DNA of 60,602 nucleotides from Chloroflexota bacterium (GCA_016200665.1 JACQEG010000073.1:1-60602); one strand, 5' to 3'; counted from the stretch's first letter, positions 1 to 9,344 are shown. Program-made: numbers and translations. Notes: generated from the letters alone by a model not told the origin.

Positions 1-264
1 GGCCGTCTCGATTCCAGGTCGTCGCCTCACTGGGGCGGGCGGGTCGTTCCCGTCATCTGCACATGTGGCGGGCGTTCGTCACCTCGCGACCCACTATCGC
101 GGCCTCCGCCGGGTCGTCCCGTCCCGCGCCGGTGCGACGCGGCGCGATGCGGCGCGATTGGGGCACGACCGCGGCGCGAGTGCGGCCACATTTGACCCAC
201 GCGGCAAGCGGCGACCTGATGCCGGACGACCTGGCACGGAGGCTGGGCTAGGATTCGCGGTCCC

Positions 265-1200
265 ATGGTGCAGACCGCGTCGTCGTCCCAGATGCCCGCT
301 GCCGGCAAGGCCGGCGAAGCCCTCAGTCCTGGCGAAGCTCGCAAGGCAGGCGAAGCTGGGAGGGCCGGTGAGCCGCTCATCAGCGCTCGCCGACTGACGA
401 AGCGGTTCGGCGCCTTCACCGCGGTCGACGGGATCGAATTCGAGGTCCAGCCGGGCGAGGCGTTCGGGTTCCTCGGGCCGAACGGGGCCGGGAAGACCTC
501 GACGATGCGGATGATCGGCTGCGTGTCGCCCGTGACCGAGGGGGAGCTGCGCGTGCTCGGCATGGATCCGGCGACGGACGGTCCGCGGATCCGGGCGAAG
601 ATCGGCGTCGTGCCCCAACAGGACACCCTCGACACCGAGCTGACCGTCCTCGACAACCTCGTCATCTACGGCCGCTACTTCGGCAAGCGGCGCCTGTCGA
701 TCGCCCGATCGCTCGTGAACCAGCCGGCGCTGATGCTCCTCGACGAGCCGACGACGGGGCTCGACCCGCAGGCGCGGCACCTGCTCTGGGACCGCCTCTA
801 CCGCCTGAAGCAGCGCGGCGTGACGCTCGTCCTGACGACCCACTACATGGACGAGGCCGAGCAGCTGTGCGACCGGCTGGTCGTCATGGACAAGGCGAAG
901 ATCGTCGCCGAGGGCTCGCCACGCCAGCTCATCGAGCGCTACTCGACCAAGGAGGTCACGGAGCTCCGGTTCGATCCGGAGACGCGCGACCGGCTCGACG
1001 GCCAGCTGGCCGAAGCGCTGCGGGGCCTTGCCGAGCGGATCGAGACGCTGCCCGACCGAGTCCTGCTCTACACGGACGATGGCGAGGCCGCGGTCGCAGC
1101 CGCCCACGAACGGGGGCTGCGGCCCGAGACCGTCCTCGTCCGGCGCTCGACGCTCGAGGACGTCTTCCTCCGGCTGACCGGCCGGAGCCTCATCGAATGA
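265..1200 (+). CDS. ABC exporter ATP-binding subunit (NodI/DrrA-like), apparently with an internal in-frame deletion
   Basis: Walker A GPNGAGKTS, Q-loop VVPQ, Walker B LLLDEPT and H-loop LTTHYM are present. The LSGG signature is absent: YGRYFG joins directly to KRRLSIARSL at 684/685. Confidence 0.85.
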   Translation: MVQTASSSQMPAAGKAGEALSPGEARKAGEAGRAGEPLISARRLTKRFGAFTAVDGIEFEVQPGEAFGFLGPNGAGKTSTMRMIGCVSPVTEGELRVLGMDPATDGPRIRAKIGVVPQQDTLDTELTVLDNLVIYGRYFGKRRLSIARSLVNQPALMLLDEPTTGLDPQARHLLWDRLYRLKQRGVTLVLTTHYMDEAEQLCDRLVVMDKAKIVAEGSPRQLIERYSTKEVTELRFDPETRDRLDGQLAEALRGLAERIETLPDRVLLYTDDGEAAVAAAHERGLRPETVLVRRSTLEDVFLRLTGRSLIE

Positions 1201-2120
1201 CCGCCACGGCCCGCGGCGCGGCGCCGAGCGCGGGCGCGGGCAGCGCGTCTGGCGCGGGCAGCGCGCCGGGCCCGGGTGCCACGCCGGGCGAAGAGTTCTT
1301 CGGCGAGGCGTGGGCCGGCGGCGGCTCGGCCGGCACGTCGGCGCTCAGTCGGATCGCCCGGGCCTATGAGCACCAGCTGCTCCTGTACCGGCGGACCTGG
1401 CGCGGCTCGATCTTTAACTCGTTCTTCTCGCCGACGATGTTCCTGCTGGCGATGGGCGTCGGCCTGGGGACGTACGTCGACCGGAGCGGCGGGGCAGCGA
1501 CCGCCGGCGTGCCGTACCTCGCCTTCATCGCCCCTGGCCTGCTCGCGGCGACGGTCATGCAGACGGCGAGCTTCGAGTCGACGTTCCCGGTCATCGCGGG
1601 CTTCGTCTGGGTCAAGCGCTACCACGCGATGTACGCCAGCCCGATCGGGCCGCGCGAGATCGCCCTCGCCCAGCTCGCCTGGTCGGCGACCCGGGTCACG
1701 GTCGTCGGCGCGATCTTCGTCCTGGTCACGCTGGCGTTCGGGGCCGTGCGCTCGCCGCTGATCGTCCTCGCGATCCCCGTCGCGACGCTCACTGGCCTCG
1801 CGTTCGCCACGCCGATCGCTGCGTTCGCGGCCACCCAGCGGACGATGAACAAGTTCAGCTACCTGTTCCGGTTCGCGATCACGCCGCTGTTCCTGTTCAG
1901 CGGCACGTTCTTTCCGGTCGAGCAGCTGCCCGCCGTCATCCAGCCGATCGCCTGGCTCACGCCGCTGTACCACGGCGTCGCACTGTGCCGGGCGCTCGCC
2001 CTGGGCACGGTCGGGAGCGACCCGACCGGGGCGGCGATCCACCTCGCCGTGCTCCTCGCCGTCTCGATCGGCGGCCTGCTCGCGGCGCTCGTCACCTTCC
2101 AGCGGCGACTCGCGACATGA
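1197..2120 (+). CDS. ABC-2 type permease (NodJ-like)
   Basis: ATG overlaps the upstream TGA (ATGA). Multiple TM segments and ABC-2 motifs YLAFIAPGLLA, FLFSGTFFPV, PLYHGV. Confidence 0.9.
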   Translation: MTATARGAAPSAGAGSASGAGSAPGPGATPGEEFFGEAWAGGGSAGTSALSRIARAYEHQLLLYRRTWRGSIFNSFFSPTMFLLAMGVGLGTYVDRSGGAATAGVPYLAFIAPGLLAATVMQTASFESTFPVIAGFVWVKRYHAMYASPIGPREIALAQLAWSATRVTVVGAIFVLVTLAFGAVRSPLIVLAIPVATLTGLAFATPIAAFAATQRTMNKFSYLFRFAITPLFLFSGTFFPVEQLPAVIQPIAWLTPLYHGVALCRALALGTVGSDPTGAAIHLAVLLAVSIGGLLAALVTFQRRLAT

Positions 2121-2950
2121 CGTCCCCGGGGCGCGAGCTCGCGACGGTCTTCGCGATGGCGCGGATCATCCCGCCGGGGTCGCTCGGCAGCCGCCGCGCG
2201 AGGTACCTGTTCGAGCGGAGCATCTACCTCTACCGCCGGCAGTGGCTGATGATCGCCTCGGGCTTCCTCGAGCCGCTGTTCTACCTGCTCGCGGTCGGCT
2301 TCGGCGTCGGCGCGCTCGTCGGGAGCCTGCCGGGGCCCGGCGGCCAGCCGATCCCGTACCAGGTGTTCGTCGCGCCGGCGCTCCTCGGTTCCTCGATGAT
2401 GAACGGCGCGATCACCGAGGTCATGTTCAACGCCTACGGCAAGCTCCGCTGGGAGAAGGTCTACGACGCGGTGCTCGCGACGCCGCTCGGGGTCGGCGAC
2501 ATCGCCCTCGGCGAGATCGCCTGGGCGGTCTTCCGGGGCGGCCTCTACGCGGTCGGGTTCGTCGGCGTCATGGTCGTGCTCGGCCTCGTCCGCTCGCCGC
2601 TCGTCGTCCTGACGATCCCGGGCGCCTTCCTCGAGGGCTTCGCCTTCGCCGCGGTCGGCCTGGCGGCGACGACGTTCGTGCGGGGCTGGCAGGACTTCGA
2701 CCTCATCCAGGTGGTCCTGCAGCCGCTGTTCCTCTTCTCGGCGACGTTCTTCCCGCTCGACCTGTACCCGGCGCCGCTGCAGGTCATCGTGCAGGTCACG
2801 CCGCTCTACCAGGCGGTCGCGCTCCTTCGTGAGCTCTCGCTCGGCGTCATCGGCCCCGGGATCGTGGTCCATGTCGCCTATCTCACGGTCATGGGCCTCA
2901 TCGGCCTGGTCGTCGTCTCCCGGCGCCTCGACAAGCTGCTCCTGCGATAG
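2117..2950 (+). CDS. ABC-2 type permease (second subunit)
   Basis: ATGA overlap with the previous gene. Motifs FVAPALLG, FLFSATFFPL, PLYQAV. Confidence 0.9.
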   Translation: MTSPGRELATVFAMARIIPPGSLGSRRARYLFERSIYLYRRQWLMIASGFLEPLFYLLAVGFGVGALVGSLPGPGGQPIPYQVFVAPALLGSSMMNGAITEVMFNAYGKLRWEKVYDAVLATPLGVGDIALGEIAWAVFRGGLYAVGFVGVMVVLGLVRSPLVVLTIPGAFLEGFAFAAVGLAATTFVRGWQDFDLIQVVLQPLFLFSATFFPLDLYPAPLQVIVQVTPLYQAVALLRELSLGVIGPGIVVHVAYLTVMGLIGLVVVSRRLDKLLLR

Positions 2951-2961
2951 GCGCCGCGGAC

Positions 2962-3699
2962 ATGGGGACCATGGCGGCGCGACCGGAGGCGACCGCAGCC
3001 CGGCGCGCGGCGCTGGCCGAGCTCGAGCTGGAGATCATCGGCTGCTTCAGGTGCCCGCGGCTCGTGGCGTGGCGGGAGCGCGTCGCCCGCGAGAAGGTCG
3101 CCCGCTTCCGGGACGAGCCGTACTGGGGCCGCCCGCTCCCCGGCTTCGGCGACCCGGACGCCCGGATCTTCGTCATCGGGCTTGCCCCGGCCGCCCATGG
3201 CGGGAATCGCACCGGCCGCGTCTTCACCGGCGATGCGAGCGGGGACTTCCTGTGGGCGGCGCTCCATCGGGCGGACCTCGCGGACCGGCCGTCGAGCCGC
3301 CACGCCGACGACGGGCTCACCCTCACCGGCGTGAGGATCGGGGCCGCCGTGCGGTGCGCGCCGCCGGCCAACAAGCCGACGATCGACGAGCGCGACAACT
3401 GCGCCCCGTACCTGGTCCGTGAGATCGCGGTGCTCGACGAGGTGCGCGTCATCGTCGCGCTCGGCCAGTTCGGCTGGGATGCCGCGCTCCGGGCGCTCGA
3501 CGCCCTCGGGGCGAGGCTGCCGCAGCCCAGGCCGAGGTTCGGCCACCTGGCCGAAGCCGAGCTCGCGGGAGCCGACGGCCGGCGCTGGGCCCTGCTCGGC
3601 AGCTACCACCCGAGCCAGCAGAACACGTTCACCGGACGGCTGACCGTTTCGATGTTCGACGCCGTGATCGAGCGGGCGAAGGCCCTGGCGAACGGCTAG
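2962..3699 (+). CDS. udgB: Uracil-DNA glycosylase, family 5 (UdgB-like, Fe-S)
   Basis: CxxC plus two further Cys, GLAPAAHGGNRTGRVFTGD and YHPSQQNTFTG motifs. Start may be 2971. Confidence 0.9.
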   Translation: MGTMAARPEATAARRAALAELELEIIGCFRCPRLVAWRERVAREKVARFRDEPYWGRPLPGFGDPDARIFVIGLAPAAHGGNRTGRVFTGDASGDFLWAALHRADLADRPSSRHADDGLTLTGVRIGAAVRCAPPANKPTIDERDNCAPYLVREIAVLDEVRVIVALGQFGWDAALRALDALGARLPQPRPRFGHLAEAELAGADGRRWALLGSYHPSQQNTFTGRLTVSMFDAVIERAKALANG

Positions 3700-3726
3700 C
3701 CGGCGGCGTGCCGGCGGGCGCCTGCG

Positions 3727-4578
3727 TCAGCTCGCCAGCCACCGCTCGACATAGCGGTCGAGCCGATCGAACACGACGCCGTCGAGGGCCTTCGCCTCGG
3801 CGATGAAGCGCTCGAGCATCGCCATCCGGTGGCCTCGGCCGATGCACTCCGGGTGCATCGTCACGGTCAGCAGGCCGCCCGGCGCGTGGTCGTAGGCGTA
3901 GTGCAGCTCGCCCGACCAGATCTCGAGGACCCGTGACGGCGCCGAAAGGGCGTCCCGCCCGGTCGCGGGCGCCGGCTCGAAGAACGGCCAGTCGTCGAGC
4001 GCCCAGTACACCGGCACCTGCGCGAGGCGACCCTCCTCGCCGAAGGTGGTCGGGCCGGTGGGGGAGTGACGATCACCGTGCCGAACGCGATACAGCCGGT
4101 AGTCGTCGGCCATCAGCGATGAGTCGTAGATGAATCCATGGTCCTCGACGAGCCGCAGGGTGTCGGGCCCGAGGGCCCAGTACGGCGCCCGGTGGCCGCG
4201 GGGCGCTGCGCCGGTGACCTCGCGGACCTTCGCGACGCAACGCTCGAGGATCGCGCCCTGTTCCTCGGCCGAAAGCGCCGAGAAGTCCTCGTGGTACCAG
4301 CCATGGCAGCCGATCTCGTGGCCGCCCGCCGCGGCACCGGCTTCGAGGATCGCCGCGGTCGTCGACGGGAAGGTCTCGAGGGTGTGGCCCGGCATGAACC
4401 ACGTCGCCGGGATCGACTCGCGGCGGAGCAGCTCCAGGATCCGCGGGATCCCGACCCGTGGCCCGAACTCGCCGTGCGACAGCTTGACCGGAGGGTCGCC
4501 ACGGCGAACGGCATCGGACAGCGAATCCCCGTCGAAGGTCAGGGCCACGGTCAGGCGCGGCGCGGTGGGCGTGCTCAT
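3727..4578 (-). CDS. Polysaccharide deacetylase family protein (PuuE/PgdA-like)
   Basis: LTFDGD, HEIGCHGWYHE, HRAPYW, YDSSLM, MHPECIGR motifs. Confidence 0.85.
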   Translation of the reverse strand: MSTPTAPRLTVALTFDGDSLSDAVRRGDPPVKLSHGEFGPRVGIPRILELLRRESIPATWFMPGHTLETFPSTTAAILEAGAAAGGHEIGCHGWYHEDFSALSAEEQGAILERCVAKVREVTGAAPRGHRAPYWALGPDTLRLVEDHGFIYDSSLMADDYRLYRVRHGDRHSPTGPTTFGEEGRLAQVPVYWALDDWPFFEPAPATGRDALSAPSRVLEIWSGELHYAYDHAPGGLLTVTMHPECIGRGHRMAMLERFIAEAKALDGVVFDRLDRYVERWLAS

Positions 4579-4584
4579 CGGCGG

Positions 4585-4590
4585 ATCCTA
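4585..4590 (-). promoter_or_regulatory. -10 hexamer TAGGAT, 6 nt before the ATG (probable leaderless transcript)
   Basis: Plus-strand ATCCTA at 4585-4590, ATG at 4578, no SD sequence between them. Confidence 0.55.
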
Positions 4591-4692
4591 GCCCGTTGGC
4601 GCCTCTGTCCCCATGGGGACGGTGACCCGGCCCCACAGTCGAGCCAAGCGGTCGAGAGGTTCGTCTCGGCTCTTTGCCGCTTCCCACGTGGC

Positions 4693-5457
4693 ATGGAGCC
4701 GGAGGACCCTCACACGCCTGACGTCGCCCCTCGCCCGCTGTACCGGAACGTCGTCCTGAGCCGGCTCCGCCCCGCTGTTCGCGAGCAGCTGCTCGAGGGA
4801 GCCGAGCTGCTGCGGATCGTTCCCGGGGCCGTGCTCCAGGAGCCGAACCGCGAGGCCCCGTACGCCTACTTCCCGGAGGATGGCCTCGCGTCCGTCGTCG
4901 CCGTCATGGAGGACGGCTCGATGGTCGAGGGTGTCAGCACCGGGCTCGACGGGTTCGTCGGGATCCCGCTGTTCCTCGACACGCCATCGACGACCCGGGT
5001 GATCTGGCAGGTGCCGGGTTCGGCCTACCGGGTCCCGGCCGAGGTCTTCAAGCGGGTCGCCCGCCAGGATTCCGTGGCGATCGGTCTCATGGGCTACGTC
5101 CAGGCGGCGATCGACCAGACCGTGCAGGTCGCGGGCTGCAATCGCCGCCACTCGATCGTCCGGCGCGCGGCCCGCTGGCTGCTGATGACCCACGACCGCG
5201 TCGAAGGCGACACCTTCATGCTGACCCAGGAGTTCCTCGCGACCATGCTCGGGGCTGGGCGCCCCAAGGTGACGGTCGCCGCCCAGCGCCTCCAGTCGGC
5301 GGGGCTCATCTCGTACCGCCGCGGGACGGTCGAGGTCCGCGATCGGGCGGGCCTGGAGGCGGCGGCGTGCGATTGCTACGCCGTCATGGCGCAGGCGTTC
5401 CCGGGTCGAAGGCACGATCGCGGCGGCGCCGGCGGGCTCGAGGCAGCCTCGAGCTGA
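4693..5457 (+). CDS. Crp/Fnr family transcriptional regulator
   Basis: cNMP-like fold followed by CNRRH..ARWLL.THDR..TQEFLA.MLG..RPKVT..GLISYRRG..ACDCY. Confidence 0.85.
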   Translation: MEPEDPHTPDVAPRPLYRNVVLSRLRPAVREQLLEGAELLRIVPGAVLQEPNREAPYAYFPEDGLASVVAVMEDGSMVEGVSTGLDGFVGIPLFLDTPSTTRVIWQVPGSAYRVPAEVFKRVARQDSVAIGLMGYVQAAIDQTVQVAGCNRRHSIVRRAARWLLMTHDRVEGDTFMLTQEFLATMLGAGRPKVTVAAQRLQSAGLISYRRGTVEVRDRAGLEAAACDCYAVMAQAFPGRRHDRGGAGGLEAASS

Positions 5458-5489
5458 CGATCGGCTCGGAGCTTCCCGGCGTCCCCCGA

Positions 5490-5915
5490 TCAGCCTGTGG
5501 GCCGGCCCTCCTCGAGCAGCTCGCCGCCGCGCGCCAGCGCCAGCTGCTCGAGGCGTCCGGTCGCAGCCGGGCCTGGATGCGTCCCCCATGTCGCGAGGAT
5601 GTACGGCTCGCCATCGATCGCAAGATCGCGAACGGCGACCGCCGTGGCGTCCACCCCGAGGAGCGTGGCCAGCTCCGCGGCCAGCGGTACGCCGTCGTGC
5701 GGGCCCGGTAGCGCAAGGCCGACCAGGGGCCGCCGCGAAGCGGACCGGCCGGCGCCCCGGCCGAGGAGGACGACCACCGGCAGCTCCGTCGACGGGATCA
5801 CCCAGTCGGGGCCGTCGCGCTCGCACCGGAGCTTCCCGGTCGCGCACCAGCGGCGCAGGCGGTGCTCGGGTTGGCGTGTCTCCCCGGCGACCTCGGGAAG
5901 CGTCAGGAGGATCAT
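5490..5915 (-). CDS. HTH_17 (excisionase/MerR-like) DNA-binding domain protein with an unknown C-terminal domain, 141 aa
   Basis: MILLTLPEVAGETRQPEHRLRRWCATGKLRCERDGPDWVIP fits the HTH_17 pattern (LT..EVA......LRRW...G.L......W.I). Confidence 0.7.
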   Translation of the reverse strand: MILLTLPEVAGETRQPEHRLRRWCATGKLRCERDGPDWVIPSTELPVVVLLGRGAGRSASRRPLVGLALPGPHDGVPLAAELATLLGVDATAVAVRDLAIDGEPYILATWGTHPGPAATGRLEQLALARGGELLEEGRPTG

Positions 5916-6074
5916 CGGTCGCCTCGGCCGGAGCCGATCGTCGGGAGCTGCCCGCGCGGGGCCGGCATCTGCCGGTTCGGTGCTACTGTACCCCCGGGAA
6001 CAGAGGCAGCCGCCTCCCAACCTCGTTGCAGTTTGCCGAGGGAGTGACGGCCGTCCGAACGAAGGTCGAGCCCC

Positions 6075-6839
6075 GTGACCCGGGCGACCGCGCGGAATCG
6101 GCTGCTCGACGCGCTCTCGGCGGCGGATCAGGCCGTCCTCGCGCCTGACCTCACGCTGGTGCGCCTGCCCTTCAGGACGACGCTCCATGAGCCCGGCGAC
6201 GAGACGCCGTTCGTCCACTTCCCCGATTCGGGGGTGCTCTCCGTGCTCACGGTGCTCGTCGATGGCACGACCGTCGAGCTGGGCCATGTGGGCAACGAGG
6301 GCATGGTCGACATCTCGGTCTTCCTCGGCCTGGAGGCCTCGGAGTCGCGGACGATCGTCCAGGTGCCGGGCATGGCCCGGCGGATGCCGGCCGACGCCTT
6401 CCGGGCCCACCTCCGGACGATGCCTGCCCTTCGACGCCTCATCGGGGCCTACGTCCTGGAGTTCTTCACGATGGTCGCCCAGACGGCGGCGTGCAATCGC
6501 CGCCATCCCATCGAGCAACGGCTCGCCCGCTGGATCCTCATGAGCCACGACCGGGTCGCCGAGCCGGAGTTCCCCGTGACCCAGGACTTCCTGGCAGAGA
6601 TGCTGGGTGCCGTCCGGCCGAAGGTCACGGAGGCGGCGGCCGACCTCCGCCGCCGGGGCCTGATCAGCTATCACCGCGGCCGGCTGCGGGTCGAGGACCG
6701 GGCCGGTCTCGAGGCCGCCGCGTGCGAGTGCTACCACCTGATCTGGGAGCGCTTCGACCGGTTCGAGCGGCGGCCCGCGCCCACCGCCGTCGGACCGGCA
6801 CCGACCGGCCGATCGTCCGAGGGATCGACTCGCCCATAG
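6075..6839 (+). CDS. Crp/Fnr family transcriptional regulator (paralog of 4693-5457)
   Basis: Same motif set: ACNRRH, ARWILMSHDR, TQDFLAEMLG, RPKVT, GLISYHRG, ACECY. GTG start. Confidence 0.85.
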   Translation: MTRATARNRLLDALSAADQAVLAPDLTLVRLPFRTTLHEPGDETPFVHFPDSGVLSVLTVLVDGTTVELGHVGNEGMVDISVFLGLEASESRTIVQVPGMARRMPADAFRAHLRTMPALRRLIGAYVLEFFTMVAQTAACNRRHPIEQRLARWILMSHDRVAEPEFPVTQDFLAEMLGAVRPKVTEAAADLRRRGLISYHRGRLRVEDRAGLEAAACECYHLIWERFDRFERRPAPTAVGPAPTGRSSEGSTRP

Positions 6840-6851
6840 ACTGTCCGGAGC

Positions 6852-7949
6852 ATGGCCCGGACCGACTACTACGCGACCCTCGGCGTCGAGCGCGGCGCCA
6901 CCGACGCCGAGATCAAGAAGGCGTTCCGCCGGCTTGCCCAGCAGTGGCACCCGGACGTCAACACCGACCCTGCGGCCGCGGAGCGGTTCAAGGAGCTCAA
7001 CGAGGCCTACCAGGTCCTCTCCGACCCGGATCGCCGCCATCGCTACGACCTGTTCGGGGCGGCGGGCGTCGAAGCCGACGTCGCGGCCGGGTTCGGGGGC
7101 TTCGCCGACATCTTCGACGCGTTCTTCGGTGCCGCGGCCGGCGGCGCCCGACGGGGCCGGCCGCCGACCGGCTCGGACCTTCGGTACGACCTTCGGATCA
7201 CGTTCGAGGAAGCGGTTCTCGGGACGGAGAAGGAGATCGAGTTTCCGGTCCTCGGGCGGTGCGACACGTGCGGCGGCAGCGGCGCGAAGCCAGGCACGGA
7301 GCCGACGACCTGCCCGCAGTGCAACGGCCGTGGCGAGGTTCGCGCCGTGCGCCAGACGATGCTCGGCCAGATGGTCAACGTGACGGCCTGTCCTCGCTGC
7401 CGGGGCGAGGGCCGGATCGTCGAGACGCCCTGCGAGACGTGCAGGGGCGAGGGCCGGACCGAGCGGCGGAGGACGCTCCGGGTCAGCATCCCGGCGGGCA
7501 TCGACGAGGGCCACCAGATCCGGCTCTCCAACGAGGGCGAGGCGGGGCTCCGCGGCGGGCCGCCGGGAAGCCTCTACGTCGCGGTCCACGTCACCGCCCA
7601 CCCGAGCCTGAAGCGCGACGGGACCGAGCTCGTCTACGAGGCGCGGATCGGGCTCGCCCAGGCGGCGCTCGGGACGCGGATCGAGGTGCCGACCGTGGAG
7701 GGCCACGAGGAGGTCGAGATCCGCGCCGGGACGCAGCCCGGGACGGAGATCCGGCTCCGCGGCAAGGGTGTGCCGCATCTCCGGCGGCCGGGCAGCCGCG
7801 GTGACCTCCACGTCGTGGTCGACATCGCCGTCCCGACCCGACTGTCTCGCGACGAGCGGGAGGCGCTCCAGGCCTACGCCCGCGCCGCCGACGAGCCGGT
7901 CTCCGAGGGCGGTGGGCTGCTCGAGCGGGTCAAGGACAAGCTTGCCTGA
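6852..7949 (+). CDS. dnaJ: Chaperone DnaJ
   Basis: J domain with HPD, G/F-rich region, four CxxCxGxG repeats, C-terminal domain. Confidence 0.97.
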   Translation: MARTDYYATLGVERGATDAEIKKAFRRLAQQWHPDVNTDPAAAERFKELNEAYQVLSDPDRRHRYDLFGAAGVEADVAAGFGGFADIFDAFFGAAAGGARRGRPPTGSDLRYDLRITFEEAVLGTEKEIEFPVLGRCDTCGGSGAKPGTEPTTCPQCNGRGEVRAVRQTMLGQMVNVTACPRCRGEGRIVETPCETCRGEGRTERRRTLRVSIPAGIDEGHQIRLSNEGEAGLRGGPPGSLYVAVHVTAHPSLKRDGTELVYEARIGLAQAALGTRIEVPTVEGHEEVEIRAGTQPGTEIRLRGKGVPHLRRPGSRGDLHVVVDIAVPTRLSRDEREALQAYARAADEPVSEGGGLLERVKDKLA

Positions 7950-8883
7950 GCCCGCTTCGCCGGGCGCGTGGCTGGAGCTCGCCGTCGAGGCGGACCCGGA
8001 GGCCGTCGAGGCCGTCAGCGAGATCCTCGGCCGCGTGGCGAGCGGGGGCACGAGCGTCGAGCCGGCCTTCGAGCTCGTGGAGGAGGGCCTGGCAGCCCGC
8101 CTCGATCCGTCCCGGCCCGCGACGGTGCGCGCCTACGTGCCGGCTCGCTCGCGGGCGGCCGCGGACGCCGCGGCTCGCGAGGTCGACGCCGCCCTCGATC
8201 ATCTCCGCGCGTTCGCCCTCCGCCCGATCGGGGACCTCCGAACCCGGCTCGTCGACGAGGCCGACTGGGCGGAGGCCTGGAAGACCCACTTCCCGGTGCT
8301 CCGGATCGGGCGTCGGATCGTGGTCCGGCCGACGTGGCGCCGTCACCGGGCGACACCGGGCGAGGTGGTGCTCGCGCTCGATCCCGGGATGGCGTTCGGC
8401 ACCGGGCTCCACCCGACGACGCGGCTGTGCCTGCTGGGCCTCGAGGTGCTCGCCGACGAAGGTGCCGTCGCGGGCGCTCGCGTCGTCGACGTGGGCTCCG
8501 GCTCAGGGATCCTCTCGATCGCGGCCGCGAAGCTCGATGCGACGGACGTGCTCGCCATCGACATCGACCCGATCGCCGTCGAGGCGACGCAGGCCAACGC
8601 CGCGCGGAACCGCCTCGGGAGCGTGATCCGCGCGAGGGCCGGCAGCCTGCCGACCGGCGAGCCGCCGGCGGACCTCGTCCTCGCGAACCTCATCGCCTCG
8701 CTGCTGGTGCGCCTGGCGCCCGAGGTCGCCGCCGCGGTGCGCCTCGACGGTCGATGGCTCGCGTCGGGCATCTTCCGGGATCGCGAGGCAGACGTGCGGG
8801 CCGCGTTCGACGCCGACGGGCTCGTGACGACCGACCGCTGGGCCGAGGAGGACTGGGTCGCGCTCGCCGGCTCCCGGCGCTGA
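7942..8883 (+). CDS. prmA: Ribosomal protein L11 methyltransferase
   Basis: DWAEAWK, LDPGMAFGTGLHPTT, DVGSGSGILS, ANLIA motifs; follows dnaJ. TTG start inferred. Confidence 0.93.
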   Translation: MPEPASPGAWLELAVEADPEAVEAVSEILGRVASGGTSVEPAFELVEEGLAARLDPSRPATVRAYVPARSRAAADAAAREVDAALDHLRAFALRPIGDLRTRLVDEADWAEAWKTHFPVLRIGRRIVVRPTWRRHRATPGEVVLALDPGMAFGTGLHPTTRLCLLGLEVLADEGAVAGARVVDVGSGSGILSIAAAKLDATDVLAIDIDPIAVEATQANAARNRLGSVIRARAGSLPTGEPPADLVLANLIASLLVRLAPEVAAAVRLDGRWLASGIFRDREADVRAAFDADGLVTTDRWAEEDWVALAGSRR

Positions 8884-8891
8884 CCCGCCCG

Positions 8892-8897
8892 TACAAT
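8892..8897 (+). promoter_or_regulatory. -10 hexamer TACAAT upstream of the HIT gene
   Basis: Near-consensus hexamer immediately after the prmA stop in a very GC-rich background. Confidence 0.5.
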
Positions 8898-8937
8898 GCC
8901 TCGCCGTGACGTCCGTGACCGCGCTCCTGCCAGGTCG

Positions 8938-9303
8938 ATGAGCGAGCGTCGCGACCGCGACCCCGGGTGCCTCTTCTGCCGGATCGTCGCGGGCGAGATC
9001 CCCTCGGAGCCCGTGGCCGAGGCCGACGACGTCATCGCGATCCGCGACATCTCGCCGCGAGCTCCCAGCCACGTCCTCCTCGTGACGCGCGAGCACATCC
9101 CGTCGGCGGCCGACCTCGGCGCCGCGGATGGCCCGCTGCTCGGATCGGTGTTCGAGCTCGCTGCCTCGATCGCCCGGGCCGAGGGCATCGCCGAGACGGG
9201 CTATCGCGTCGTCACCAACGTCGGCGAGTGGGGCGGCCAGACGGTGCCGCACCTGCACTTCCACCTGCTCGGGGGCCGGTCGATGTCGTGGCCGCCCGGC
9301 TGA
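8938..9303 (+). CDS. HIT family nucleotide-binding protein (HinT-like)
   Basis: CLFCRIVAGEIP N-terminus and histidine triad GQTVPHLHFHLLGG. Confidence 0.93.
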   Translation: MSERRDRDPGCLFCRIVAGEIPSEPVAEADDVIAIRDISPRAPSHVLLVTREHIPSAADLGAADGPLLGSVFELAASIARAEGIAETGYRVVTNVGEWGGQTVPHLHFHLLGGRSMSWPPG

Positions 9304-9344
9304 CGCCGCGCCGCGGGCCGTCGCCGCCTCGCGTCATCCTGCTC

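Noticed and set aside
1-264. Gene start running off the left edge (GTG at 30, minus strand) and ~10-bp periodic gcggcgcgat repeats at about 135-160
   Set aside because: Only ten codons are visible and the repeats are short and GC-rich; cannot be supported.
265-2950. Nodulation factor export (nodIJ)
   Set aside because: NodI/NodJ-like is only a family resemblance; no nodABC, and such exporters are widespread.
5490-5915. Prophage or ICE excisionase
   Set aside because: HTH_17 domain only; no integrase, att-like repeat, tRNA or phage gene nearby.
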